In this document: positions 11,314 to 20,447 of the stretch, in pieces
Layout: every line of letters starts with the position of its first letter
Numbering within the stretch: position 1 is the first letter of the stretch
Source: a virus
Direction: 5' to 3' (one strand)
DNA: 64,000 nucleotides
Virus record (IMG/VR): IMGVR_UViG_3300021964_000018
Span: 64,001 to 128,000 of that record
Translations under genes and position numbers: made by a program
Notes under the pieces: generated by a model
What the model was told of the DNA's origin: nothing
The model's database searches: none
What the model saw: the letters and a program-made list of their open reading frames with translations, nothing else

Positions 11314-12115
11314 AGGACCTGAAGTAAAAAGAAATACTGACTTCTTAAATCGCCAACTGTCAGGAAAACAAATAGAGGAAATAAAAATTCTATCAGGAAG
11401 ATATACTAAAGCAAAAGGACCGTTTGTAGGTTACGAAAAGATGTTAGAAAAAATGCTAATAATTTCAGAAGTTCTTTGCAAAGGTAAGTTTATTTATTTT
11501 AAATTTCAAGATGGAACTTCTTTATGGTCAACACTAGGAATGTCTGCAGCTTGGCAGAAAAAAGAAACAAAACATTCTAGAATTTACATTAAAACAAATT
11601 ATGGTAACGAAGTTTTCTTTAACGACATTAGAAATTTTGGTACTTTAAAATATGTTGAAACAGAAAAAGAATTAAAGGATAAACTAAAAACACTTGGTCC
11701 GGACGTTCTAAGCTCTTATGTAGACACAGAGTTGTTTAAAAGTCGTTTAGATAAAAAACCTAAGTGGTCAATTGCAAAGGCTCTTATGAACCAAACAGTT
11801 GTATCTGGCATAGGAAATTATTTAAAGGCTGAAATACTTTATGCAGCTAAAATTTCTCCACATAGGTTATGTGAAGATTTATCCTTGGAAGAAATAGAAT
11901 TAATTGCCGAAAAATCATTTGAAATAACAAATGCTTCATATCAATCAGGCGGTGCAACAATAATGACCTATAGAGACGAAAATAATGAAAAAGGTTTGTA
12001 TAGTAGGAGGTTTATGGTGTATAATCATAAAACTGACCCAATAGGTAATAAAGTAATAAAAGAAACAACAACAGACAAGCGTTCAACTTATTGGGTTCCT
12101 GAAATCCAAAAATAG
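11306..12115 (+). CDS. mutM: Fpg/Nei family DNA glycosylase/AP lyase, zincless-finger type
   Basis: MPEGPEV N-terminus, KGK, LGM, D.RNFG, LGPD, H2TH motif (LMNQ..VSGIGNYL..EILY). C-terminal R.TYWVPEIQ lacks the four Cys. Confidence 0.9.
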   Translation: MPEGPEVKRNTDFLNRQLSGKQIEEIKILSGRYTKAKGPFVGYEKMLEKMLIISEVLCKGKFIYFKFQDGTSLWSTLGMSAAWQKKETKHSRIYIKTNYGNEVFFNDIRNFGTLKYVETEKELKDKLKTLGPDVLSSYVDTELFKSRLDKKPKWSIAKALMNQTVVSGIGNYLKAEILYAAKISPHRLCEDLSLEEIELIAEKSFEITNASYQSGGATIMTYRDENNEKGLYSRRFMVYNHKTDPIGNKVIKETTTDKRSTYWVPEIQK

Positions 12116-12123
12116 GAGATAAT

Positions 12124-12339
12124 ATGAAATTAAATGATGAAGTAATCGCACACATTGCAAAACAATTACAACTGGCAATTTTGACTGGAACTGACATTGT
12201 TGATAACCTTCGAATGATTCGTTTAACTGCAGAAAATAATGAACTTTATTTGGATGCTGAATATTCAGAAATCGCTGAAGAAAACGAAAAAAGAATGCTT
12301 CAAGAAGCAGAAAAACTTGCATCACAGTTGGAAAATTAA
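12124..12339 (+). CDS. Hypothetical protein
   Basis: AGGAG SD; 71 aa ORF. Confidence 0.6.
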   Translation: MKLNDEVIAHIAKQLQLAILTGTDIVDNLRMIRLTAENNELYLDAEYSEIAEENEKRMLQEAEKLASQLEN

Positions 12340-12340
12340 T

Positions 12341-12724
12341 ATGAGTAATTGCAAACTTAAAGAAATGTTCGATTTGAGAGAGTCCTTTATTAAAAGGATG
12401 CAAAAAGAAAGACCGGGTTCATATCCAATACCTGTACCTTTAGAAAATCTTTCAGATAAAAAATCCCAGCAAGTTTGCAGAGATCTAGCTTTACGAGGTG
12501 TTGAAGAAATGTTTGAAGCACTTCAACACCTCAAAAACTGGAAACCTCACAAACTAACAGAAGATAAAGAATTCAACAAGGAAGAATTCTTAGAAGAAAT
12601 TGTGGATGCGTTCAATTATTTCATGGCTTTGTTAATTGTTGTAGATGTTGATGAAGAAAAACTATTTGAAGCATACCTTAAAAAAGATCAAAAAATTAGA
12701 AAAAGATTAGATGAAGGATACTAA
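12341..12724 (+). CDS. MazG-like / dimeric dUTPase-type nucleotide pyrophosphohydrolase
   Basis: EE..EA..HL.NWKPH...EEFLEEIVD motifs of all-alpha NTP-PPases. Confidence 0.75.
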   Translation: MSNCKLKEMFDLRESFIKRMQKERPGSYPIPVPLENLSDKKSQQVCRDLALRGVEEMFEALQHLKNWKPHKLTEDKEFNKEEFLEEIVDAFNYFMALLIVVDVDEEKLFEAYLKKDQKIRKRLDEGY

Positions 12725-13614
12725 TGAAACTTGAAACCCTATTCCAAATGCAAAAAGACTTTCAAGATAAACACGTTGGTTTAAAAGGTGATATTGAAGA
12801 AAGAACACAAAAGTTGGCATTATGCGCGCATTCTGAATTAAGCTCCATGATGGAAGCTGTTAATTATAAAATGCATCACAAGTATAGAGACATTCAGATG
12901 AATGCTGCCTCAGACAAAGTAATGTATGAAGCTGTTGATGTTGTGCGCTACATGATTGCTATCATGAATAACTGGCAGATAACACCAGAACAATTTGCAT
13001 TAGCTTATGATAAGAAAGACACTTATCTTCGAATGACTGCAGAAATTAATGAAAAGAAATGGGAGCAACAACCTGTTGTTATTGTTGACTTAGATGATGT
13101 GGTAGTAGATTTTAGGGTTTGTTTTGCCAATTGGCTTGAAGATAATTATGGTCTTAAAATAGACGTGGAATCTGAAGAATATTATTTTATTTCAGCATTG
13201 TCATCTATTGATGTTAATCCAGAAGCTGTATTTGAAAAATTTATGAACCAAGGTGGGTTTTCTCGACCAGACATTAATTCTGGTGTGTATCGCTATCTTT
13301 GGGATTTAAAAAATCAAGGTTTCTGGATTCAATATTTAACAGCAAGGCCTGGCGATAACCTTCGATGCGTTTATGATACGTATGATTGGATTGCAAAACA
13401 TAGCTTACCTTACGACGGTATTGATTTTTCAACAGAAAAATTTAGATGGTGTGCAAGATCTCGTTACTATAAACATATTAAATTTGCAATTGATGATTCA
13501 CCAAAGCATGCCTTAGAATATGCAAAGCATGGAATAGAATGTCATGTTCCTGTTAAATCATATAATAAACAAACAATCGGAATAAATAATATTAAACGGT
13601 ATAAAATATTTTAA
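12724..13614 (+). CDS. MazG-like domain fused to HAD 5'(3')-nucleotidase
   Basis: N-terminal SELS...NYKMH...YEAVD; C-terminal IVDLDDVVVD, LTARP, K, IDDSP (HAD motifs I-IV). Confidence 0.75.
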   Translation: MKLETLFQMQKDFQDKHVGLKGDIEERTQKLALCAHSELSSMMEAVNYKMHHKYRDIQMNAASDKVMYEAVDVVRYMIAIMNNWQITPEQFALAYDKKDTYLRMTAEINEKKWEQQPVVIVDLDDVVVDFRVCFANWLEDNYGLKIDVESEEYYFISALSSIDVNPEAVFEKFMNQGGFSRPDINSGVYRYLWDLKNQGFWIQYLTARPGDNLRCVYDTYDWIAKHSLPYDGIDFSTEKFRWCARSRYYKHIKFAIDDSPKHALEYAKHGIECHVPVKSYNKQTIGINNIKRYKIF

Positions 13615-13626
13615 ACGGAGAGATAT

Positions 13627-13851
13627 ATGCTAATAATATTATTATCAACACTTTTGCTAGCTGAAGAACCTAAAGTTGTTTATAAAAAAAGGACAGAAAT
13701 TGATTTTGAAGCAGTTGACGTTGAAGGTACACTTAAAAAACCAAATCAAGCATTAATAATGGAAAACAATAGAGCAATTTTTAATCCTCTTGTTCAAATT
13801 AGAAACTCATGGCATGTTGAAATGATTGGCTCTGTTGAAGACATACAATAA
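13627..13851 (+). CDS. CglF/GltF-like small exported protein (gliding-motility family)
   Basis: Signal peptide, then YKKRTEIDFE.VDVEG.LKKP...F.PLV.IR...E...SV.DI, resembling the myxobacterial/Bdellovibrio CglF family as recalled. Confidence 0.65.
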   Translation: MLIILLSTLLLAEEPKVVYKKRTEIDFEAVDVEGTLKKPNQALIMENNRAIFNPLVQIRNSWHVEMIGSVEDIQ

Positions 13852-13874
13852 GAATAAATAAAAATTTAAATTTT

Positions 13875-13909
13875 AAGAGCTTGTACAAGCTCTTTTTTTT
13901 TGTTAAAAT
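13875..13909 (+). promoter_or_regulatory. Palindromic terminator overlapping TGTACA-N16-TAAAAT promoter
   Basis: AAGAGCTTGT|ACAAGCTCTT plus T-run; TGTACA at 13882, TAAAAT at 13904. Confidence 0.65.
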
Positions 13910-13929
13910 AAAAATAAAAAGGAGAAAAT

Positions 13930-14916
13930 ATGCCACAAAATAAAAATCTTACACCTGTTAAACTCCCAATGGAACTTAAATTTGGTCAAGAACCAAAAAC
14001 AAAATTTTATAATAATCTTGAACATCTTAAAGTTGAATTAGTTGATGCGCCCACCAGGTCCCAAGCCCTTAATGTTGCATGGCAATATGTAAAAGCAACA
14101 TGGGCTGATCATCATGACGAAACAAATCCAGCAACTGCTTCATTACAAGAATTGTCTGCAAACCTTGAAGATGTTCTTAACTTTCGTGCATTGCCAACAC
14201 CAATGGAATGTTTAGGTTTTACATTTAAGCTGTCCGGACTTTCATTTCAAGAAGTTACTCACATTATTCGTCATCGAGCCGGCTCTTTTGCAGCACAATG
14301 TACAGGTGATCGCGATCTTCGTGATGATCCAGCCGTTATCCCTGAGGCCGTTGAAAACAGTCCAGAGTTTTTGCAACGATATCGAAAAATTGTTCGTGAT
14401 TCAAAGCAACTTTATGCTGACATGTGTGACTCAAAAGACGTCTCTATGATGGATGCTCGAATGATTCTTCCAAAATGTATGACATCTTTTTATCTAATGC
14501 GTCTTAACCTTAAAGACCTATTAGGTTTTATTGCACAGCGTCAAGATATGCAAATTCAACCTGCAGCAGATAATATTCTTGCAGCTTATATGGCACGTGA
14601 GCTTTTAAAAGTTTTACCAGAAGCGTCAACACGAATTAATTTTAGTAAACCTGACATGCATTACATTAAGACTTTCCGTGTACCAGATGGTAAAGGCGGT
14701 GAAACATCACGTGGTACAAATCTTTATTGGCCAGAACCTAAAAATGATAAGTTTGAATATCACCCAAATGATACAATTTATCAGTCACGTCGAGAAGATA
14801 TTAATGGAACAAATAACCCAGGAACAAAAACAAAATTTACACAACTTTGGGAACAAGCTTTACACGAAATAGCAGGTATACAAATAGCTTATGCACAATT
14901 TATGGGTAGAATTTGA
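13930..14916 (+). CDS. thyX: Divergent ThyX-family flavin-dependent thymidylate synthase-like enzyme
   Basis: E...FTF.LSG....THIIRHRAGSFAAQCTGDR...DARMILP....N...L..FI..R. The canonical RHRx7S motif is altered. Confidence 0.75.
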   Translation: MPQNKNLTPVKLPMELKFGQEPKTKFYNNLEHLKVELVDAPTRSQALNVAWQYVKATWADHHDETNPATASLQELSANLEDVLNFRALPTPMECLGFTFKLSGLSFQEVTHIIRHRAGSFAAQCTGDRDLRDDPAVIPEAVENSPEFLQRYRKIVRDSKQLYADMCDSKDVSMMDARMILPKCMTSFYLMRLNLKDLLGFIAQRQDMQIQPAADNILAAYMARELLKVLPEASTRINFSKPDMHYIKTFRVPDGKGGETSRGTNLYWPEPKNDKFEYHPNDTIYQSRREDINGTNNPGTKTKFTQLWEQALHEIAGIQIAYAQFMGRI

Positions 14917-14992
14917 TTTTTTATAGATAAATGCCTATTTAATTTCATAATTAATAATGTTTAAAAATATTTCATTAAGGAGAAATTTAATT

Positions 14993-15904
14993 ATGAAATT
15001 AAATAGGCATAGTTTAAGAATGTTAATAGAAAGTGTACTTCAAGAAGAAGTAGATGTTTCAAAATTCAAAAAAGGTGAATCCACAATAGTAGCGACAAAA
15101 GGTGCAGCTGCTGATAATAAAGCAGCTTTTGAAGTTTCTGATGTTGACACTATAAAGAAAAAACTAGGTATAAAAATATCAGGAAAATATTATGTATGGA
15201 AAGGAAGTCAAGCAGAAGCAGGTTATAAATTAGGTTCTGTTAGATATTCTTCAGGCGACCCTTATACTTACGAAGAATTATCAAATGGGTTTTACAGAGT
15301 AATGTCCGGACCAGATAGTAACGAAAAAAGAGATAGTGGAAAAAGAATAGGTACGTCTCCAATTGGTGCTAAGTTTAAACCTTCTTCTCCTCCAGACGTT
15401 GTTGTTGATCCTACAAATGTTCTTTCGAAGTTACGCGAAACTCCTGATGGAGATAAAAGATCAGGCAATTTCGATAAAGCTGTGAACATATTGGTGGCGT
15501 GTGCATCTGACAAAAAACAACTAGGTGACGTTATAAGTGAATTAGAAAGTCTAGCAAGTAGACCAATTAGAGGAAAAGATCTTCTCGCTCATCCTGCACA
15601 TTATGTTGCAAGATTGATGATGGGAGGTGTACAACAAGGAGGCGAAGTTTCAGGAACAGGCGCAGCTGCAAGTAATTCCAAAATTATCAATAAATATTTG
15701 TCATTACTGCAGAAGAAGCACGGTATGGGACGTGGTAACGTCGATATAAAATTTGACATGCGGATTAGCCAAGATCGCGCAGATAAATCTAATTTTGGAG
15801 ATTCAGTTAAGTCTGGTGCGAAAACTGGTGGAGGTCAAGCTGAAAAAATGGATGAATCTTTATCACGCGGATCTTTACTAAGAAGACGTTATAGAAGATA
15901 CTAG
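14993..15904 (+). CDS. Hypothetical protein with MKLNR leader
   Basis: AAGGAG SD; starts MKLNRHSLRMLIES. Confidence 0.6.
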   Translation: MKLNRHSLRMLIESVLQEEVDVSKFKKGESTIVATKGAAADNKAAFEVSDVDTIKKKLGIKISGKYYVWKGSQAEAGYKLGSVRYSSGDPYTYEELSNGFYRVMSGPDSNEKRDSGKRIGTSPIGAKFKPSSPPDVVVDPTNVLSKLRETPDGDKRSGNFDKAVNILVACASDKKQLGDVISELESLASRPIRGKDLLAHPAHYVARLMMGGVQQGGEVSGTGAAASNSKIINKYLSLLQKKHGMGRGNVDIKFDMRISQDRADKSNFGDSVKSGAKTGGGQAEKMDESLSRGSLLRRRYRRY

Positions 15905-15925
15905 AATTAGCAAATTATTAATTTT

Positions 15926-15978
15926 AAAAGCGGCAATGCCGCTTTTTTTATGTAAAAAAAAAGCTAACTTAATAAAAT
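15926..15978 (+). terminator. Terminator followed by TGTAAA-N16-TAAAAT promoter
   Basis: AAAAGCGGCA-a-TGCCGCTTTTTTT; promoter boxes at 15951 and 15973. Confidence 0.7.
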
Positions 15979-15998
15979 AAAAATAAAAAGGAGCAAAT

Positions 15999-16442
15999 AT
16001 GAATAAATGTTATATTGCCAGCGGTTGGTTTTCACCTGAATGGCTAGAAGAATTAGAAACAATTAAATCTGTACTTGATAGTCTAAATTTAAAATACTTT
16101 TCACCAAAAGATGAAAATCTTTGCGAGCCGGATTCTGACGTTGGTTTTCAAGATCAAGTCTTTAACGGCAATATTAAAGGGATGGAAGAGTGTGATTGGA
16201 TGATCTGTAATACTCGTAATAAAGATATGGGTAGTATTTTTGAAGCAGGTTATTTTCATAAGTTAGGAAAACCAATTGTTTACTTTTGCGCCGGTCTTCC
16301 TCCTGGTGCGCAATTTAATCTTATGCTAGCTGCATCTGGTAAGACAGTTTGTACATCAATTAAACAACTCAAAGGCTATCTTATCGATTGCCAGGCAACA
16401 GGTGAAATTATTACTCGTCGTTATGAAGGAGATATTGAGTAA
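15999..16442 (+). CDS. Nucleoside 2-deoxyribosyltransferase / dNMP N-glycosidase family
   Basis: YIASGWF, FSP, D.GS.FEAG...GKPIV, N.ML motifs. Confidence 0.85.
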   Translation: MNKCYIASGWFSPEWLEELETIKSVLDSLNLKYFSPKDENLCEPDSDVGFQDQVFNGNIKGMEECDWMICNTRNKDMGSIFEAGYFHKLGKPIVYFCAGLPPGAQFNLMLAASGKTVCTSIKQLKGYLIDCQATGEIITRRYEGDIE

Positions 16443-17437
16443 TGAATATTTTTATTACTGGTGAAAAAGGTTTAATTGCACAAAATATTATTAAAGAAGC
16501 AAAAGAAAACTTTCCTGATGTAAATATTATTACAGGAGCTGTTGATTATCTTAATATGCATCAAGAAGGTGAACCTTGTGTTTATAAAAATTCAATTGAT
16601 CAATGGAAATTCTTTTTTGATTTAAATCAAATTGATGTAATTATTCACAATGCAGCTGTTGTTAATACAGAAGTTGTTGGCATGAATCTTGAGCGCGCAA
16701 CACGAACCAACGACGAAGGTACATATAAGATTTGCATGGCAGCACAAAAATGTGACATTCCTGTTTGTTATATGGGAACGACTGTTATCTATGATGCATT
16801 TAAATATCAAAACGAGAAAATAACAGAAGAATCATCACGTGGACCACATACACTTTACGGCTGTCAAAAGCTAGCAGCAGAATATATTGTTAAGTCTCAT
16901 GCACCGAAATGGATGATTATTCGACCTCTATTTGCATATGGCGGAGAAGGTGATATGAATTCACTAATTGCAAAGTCAATTTATGCATGTCTTAACGGAA
17001 AGCAAGTTGATATGCGCCTAGATCCAACAAAATACAAAGATTATATGCACGTTTCAGATTATGCTAATGCAGTCTTAACAGGAATTACACAGCACCTTTG
17101 GAATGACGAATGGAACATCGCGGCAGAAACACCTCATGTAACAGAAAACATTATCAAAATGATTGAAAAGATTTGTGGTTTAGACATGTCAAATACAATC
17201 AATTGGAAATCTACTTCAGACTATACAGGTAATCATAGGTTGGATTCTAGTAAGTTTAGAAATGCTACCGGCTGGTCTCCTAAAGTTATACTAACCAAAG
17301 GAATTAGAATGTCTTATGAAACAATTCTGAATTCGGAAGGTTATAATCCATTAACACACCTTGAAGAAGCAGAAAAAAGAAACATCGACGTGGGAGAATA
17401 CTTTAATGAAGCAAGAATTGCAAGAAAGTCTATTTAA
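16442..17437 (+). CDS. NAD-dependent nucleotide-sugar epimerase/dehydratase (extended SDR)
   Basis: IFITGEKGLIA (degenerate GxxGxxG), IIHNAA, YGCQK (YxxxK), R...AYG, DYMHVSD. Confidence 0.85.
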   Translation: MNIFITGEKGLIAQNIIKEAKENFPDVNIITGAVDYLNMHQEGEPCVYKNSIDQWKFFFDLNQIDVIIHNAAVVNTEVVGMNLERATRTNDEGTYKICMAAQKCDIPVCYMGTTVIYDAFKYQNEKITEESSRGPHTLYGCQKLAAEYIVKSHAPKWMIIRPLFAYGGEGDMNSLIAKSIYACLNGKQVDMRLDPTKYKDYMHVSDYANAVLTGITQHLWNDEWNIAAETPHVTENIIKMIEKICGLDMSNTINWKSTSDYTGNHRLDSSKFRNATGWSPKVILTKGIRMSYETILNSEGYNPLTHLEEAEKRNIDVGEYFNEARIARKSI

Positions 17438-17708
17438 TGCATACCCAAAGATTTTTGCGCGAAGACATATGCCAAAAGAATACACAGCGATGTGTTATGG
17501 AATTCAATGTCCAGATAGTTGGTATGATTTAATTGATACACTTTGCGGAAGAATTCAATCTTATTCTGACCAAAAAGGAATAATATGTGAAGCAAATCAA
17601 GTAAAATCAAAATTTGGTGGTTTAAGATTTTACGTAACTTATTCAGATCCCTATATTAAAGGATTGTTATCAATGGCAGAAATGATGTCGCTTAAAATAA
17701 AGGAGTAA
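17406..17708 (+). CDS. Conserved phage hypothetical protein
   Basis: YP..F...C..SW.DLI..LC...QVK.KFGGLRFY motif. Confidence 0.55.
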   Translation: MKQELQESLFNAYPKIFARRHMPKEYTAMCYGIQCPDSWYDLIDTLCGRIQSYSDQKGIICEANQVKSKFGGLRFYVTYSDPYIKGLLSMAEMMSLKIKE

Positions 17709-17710
17709 TA

Positions 17711-18457
17711 ATGTCACATTCACAATATAAATGTCAAGTTCAAGGAAAAGAAAGTTATATTGATAATCAATTTGTTATCTTTTCTCAATCTTACTTAATG
17801 AATCAGGTTCATATCTACAATAAAGAAAAAGGTCACACAACAAAAAATCGAGTTAAATTATTAGAATTGGGATGTTATAACGGTCGTGTTATGCACTTTA
17901 TGACGCAACAAATGTTATTTGTTGATTATACAGGTGTTGATGTTACTCATCAGTATCTTGCACATTCACCGGTCGCAAATCGAAAAGACGTAACCTTGCT
18001 TTGCGAAGACGTAACAAAAGGATTGTCATTGGCTGACGGTTCTCAAGATATGATTATCAGCTCAGAAGTGTTAGAGCATATCAATCCAGAAGATTTACCA
18101 GGCGTAATGAGAACACTTTATAACAAGCTTAAAGTAGGTGGGCGATGTTGTGTTGCGTTTCCGATGAATACACGTGACACAATGTTTCACAATCTTGAAA
18201 AAGAACAAGGTTTAGGTCACGTTAATTTTCCTGTCTATGAAGACTTTATTGAACTTTGTGAAAACATCGGATTTACCTTACATCATTATGATAGTGGGTT
18301 TTCGCTTAAATCAAGTTTTAGAACACCTCGTTATGGAAAAGATCCGCTATATGACAAGTTAAGAGATCGACTAGGTTCACCTGCTGCTCGAGCTGTTTGG
18401 ATGACAATAACTGATGATCATACTGGTGGAGGATATTTTACTTTTGATAAGTTGTAA
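17711..18457 (+). CDS. Class I SAM-dependent methyltransferase
   Basis: LLELGC..G, YTGVD, D.I.SSEVLEHI, LK.GG. Confidence 0.85.
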   Translation: MSHSQYKCQVQGKESYIDNQFVIFSQSYLMNQVHIYNKEKGHTTKNRVKLLELGCYNGRVMHFMTQQMLFVDYTGVDVTHQYLAHSPVANRKDVTLLCEDVTKGLSLADGSQDMIISSEVLEHINPEDLPGVMRTLYNKLKVGGRCCVAFPMNTRDTMFHNLEKEQGLGHVNFPVYEDFIELCENIGFTLHHYDSGFSLKSSFRTPRYGKDPLYDKLRDRLGSPAARAVWMTITDDHTGGGYFTFDKL

Positions 18458-18502
18458 TTATTGCGAATAATTAATTATTGATTTATACTTTGTTAAAAAG
18501 GT

Positions 18503-20314
18503 GTGCAAATGATTATAAATGAAAAATTAATTAAAAAACTCATTAAGGAGTCTATTAACAAGTTAATAGTTGAAAAAGCTAAGTTTACAAAAGCAGAAAA
18601 TTTTTTAAAAGATACTGAAAATCATTATGAAATTTTTGAAAATATAAAATATTCCTATAATATTGTCATGTTAAAAGATTTTGAAAATGACCTAGAAGTA
18701 AAAGAAGAAGCAAAGAAAAATATAGAAAACGTCTTTGCTGCTTTTTTACACTCTAGCCCCAAAACAGAAAAAGGAAAGGTATGGTTTTTAGATAAGTCTA
18801 TTAACAGATACGTTACAGACTTAAGCAATATTCCAGAATTTGGCAGTAATCCTTTTTATGATAGTCCAATTTTACTTAAAAGAATAAAGGAAAAAAATAA
18901 TTTTTCCGACCAAGAAGCAAAGAAAAACCTACTAGATAGAATTAAACGTTTCACGAAAGATATATCTAGAGAATTAATAGAACTAGTAAAGAAATCAGTA
19001 ACACATGATTTGCAAAGAAAACTTAAGTCAAATTTTATGGAAAAAAATAAAGACATATTAGAAAGTTTAAACTTTGTTCATTATCCTTATGCGTTTAGAG
19101 AATATTCAGAAACAGACACAACAGGGATCGGCGCAGTCTTAGAAGTCCTAGGAAAGCCCTTGGAATTTTTAAAAGGAACTGTAGTTAATAGTCCTGACGA
19201 ATTAGCTGGGATTGGTTATCCTAAAGGGGAGGAATTAAGAGATTCAATTGGTATGGGTAGCGAGTTAGGAGGAAAAATCGCGTTTCCATATATTGGTTTT
19301 CTTATAACGGGAAAGATTACTTATTTTGATGAAAAAGATGCTCAATCATCAACTTATCGAAGTAGCTTTGTTGGCGGTCAAAGAGACAGCAGCGGTTTTG
19401 TAAGATACCCAAAAGACATTCAAGGTTCAATGTCCAACCAGATACCAGGCGCGTACAAGACAAAGGAGGAATTAGAAAATTATCTTTCTAATTTTGATAA
19501 AAGATTTGGCGCGTTAACAACAGCTGAAAGAAGCGAATCTGAGATAAAAACTGGTTTTAAAAAACATAATTATGGTGAAGCTTTTATTGACAATTGGACA
19601 GCAGTTGGTATGATTGCGCAATGGGATTTAATTGTTAAAAAGTTTAGAGAAAAGCTTTTAGCAACTATAACAGGTTTAGAATTAGATCCTCAAAAAGAAT
19701 TTAAGCAATACCTTTATAAAAATAAAGGTTATTCTCCTTTTAATGATATTCAATTGACACATAGCTTAAGAACAGCTAAAAAAAATCTAGATATCGTTGC
19801 CTTAGGCGAACCTAAAATAGAAGACTTGTCGGTAAATAAAAACCGATACAAGACGGCAAAAGATAATTTAAGTTTTGAATATGGTGGTGACTCAATTCCA
19901 TACTTATCGAAAAAACTAGGTATTCAAAAAGAAGCAGTACCTTCTTTTATTGAAGACTTTATAAAAAATATTGATCCTGTTTTAGAACAACTTAAAACAG
20001 GCGAAATATTATATAGTGAGTTAAATAATCCTAAAGTAGAAGAATTCATAGATAAATATTATGAAGGTGATATAGCTTCAGATTTGCAAAAACAACAACG
20101 CAAAATAAAAAACTTGATTAAAAAAACAGGCTCAGCATCAATAATTTCAACTTTAACAATCGGTCTAGAAAAGATTAATGATGATTTAAGCAAATTTGAA
20201 GATATTAAACTAAAATCATATGATAAAAATTTCAATGAATATGATGTTAAAATATTTACAAATAATATGAGGCAAATAATAGCAGAAGCAATTGCGCAAT
20301 TAAAAAAACGTTAA
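18503..20314 (+). CDS. Hypothetical protein with leader motif; paralog of 54859..56463
   Basis: Shares VHY..AF.E, GGQR..SGF.RY, E.FIDNW...G.IA.W and DKNFNE with 54859..56463. Confidence 0.65.
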   Translation: MQMIINEKLIKKLIKESINKLIVEKAKFTKAENFLKDTENHYEIFENIKYSYNIVMLKDFENDLEVKEEAKKNIENVFAAFLHSSPKTEKGKVWFLDKSINRYVTDLSNIPEFGSNPFYDSPILLKRIKEKNNFSDQEAKKNLLDRIKRFTKDISRELIELVKKSVTHDLQRKLKSNFMEKNKDILESLNFVHYPYAFREYSETDTTGIGAVLEVLGKPLEFLKGTVVNSPDELAGIGYPKGEELRDSIGMGSELGGKIAFPYIGFLITGKITYFDEKDAQSSTYRSSFVGGQRDSSGFVRYPKDIQGSMSNQIPGAYKTKEELENYLSNFDKRFGALTTAERSESEIKTGFKKHNYGEAFIDNWTAVGMIAQWDLIVKKFREKLLATITGLELDPQKEFKQYLYKNKGYSPFNDIQLTHSLRTAKKNLDIVALGEPKIEDLSVNKNRYKTAKDNLSFEYGGDSIPYLSKKLGIQKEAVPSFIEDFIKNIDPVLEQLKTGEILYSELNNPKVEEFIDKYYEGDIASDLQKQQRKIKNLIKKTGSASIISTLTIGLEKINDDLSKFEDIKLKSYDKNFNEYDVKIFTNNMRQIIAEAIAQLKKR

Positions 20315-20384
20315 TAATAATTAATAGTTATTACTAGCATTATGAGGTACAAATATTATAAATTAAACTAAGTTTTGCACCACG

Positions 20385-20422
20385 TGTAAATGTGCCACAT
20401 ACAAATTATAATTTGTATGTGG
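20385..20422 (+). promoter_or_regulatory. dnaE promoter (TGTAAA-N16-TATAAT) with 28-bp perfect palindrome over the -10 box
   Basis: CCACATACAAATTA|TAATTTGTATGTGG at 20395-20422. Confidence 0.65.
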
Positions 20423-20447
20423 TTTTATTGTATTTAAAAGGAGTATT

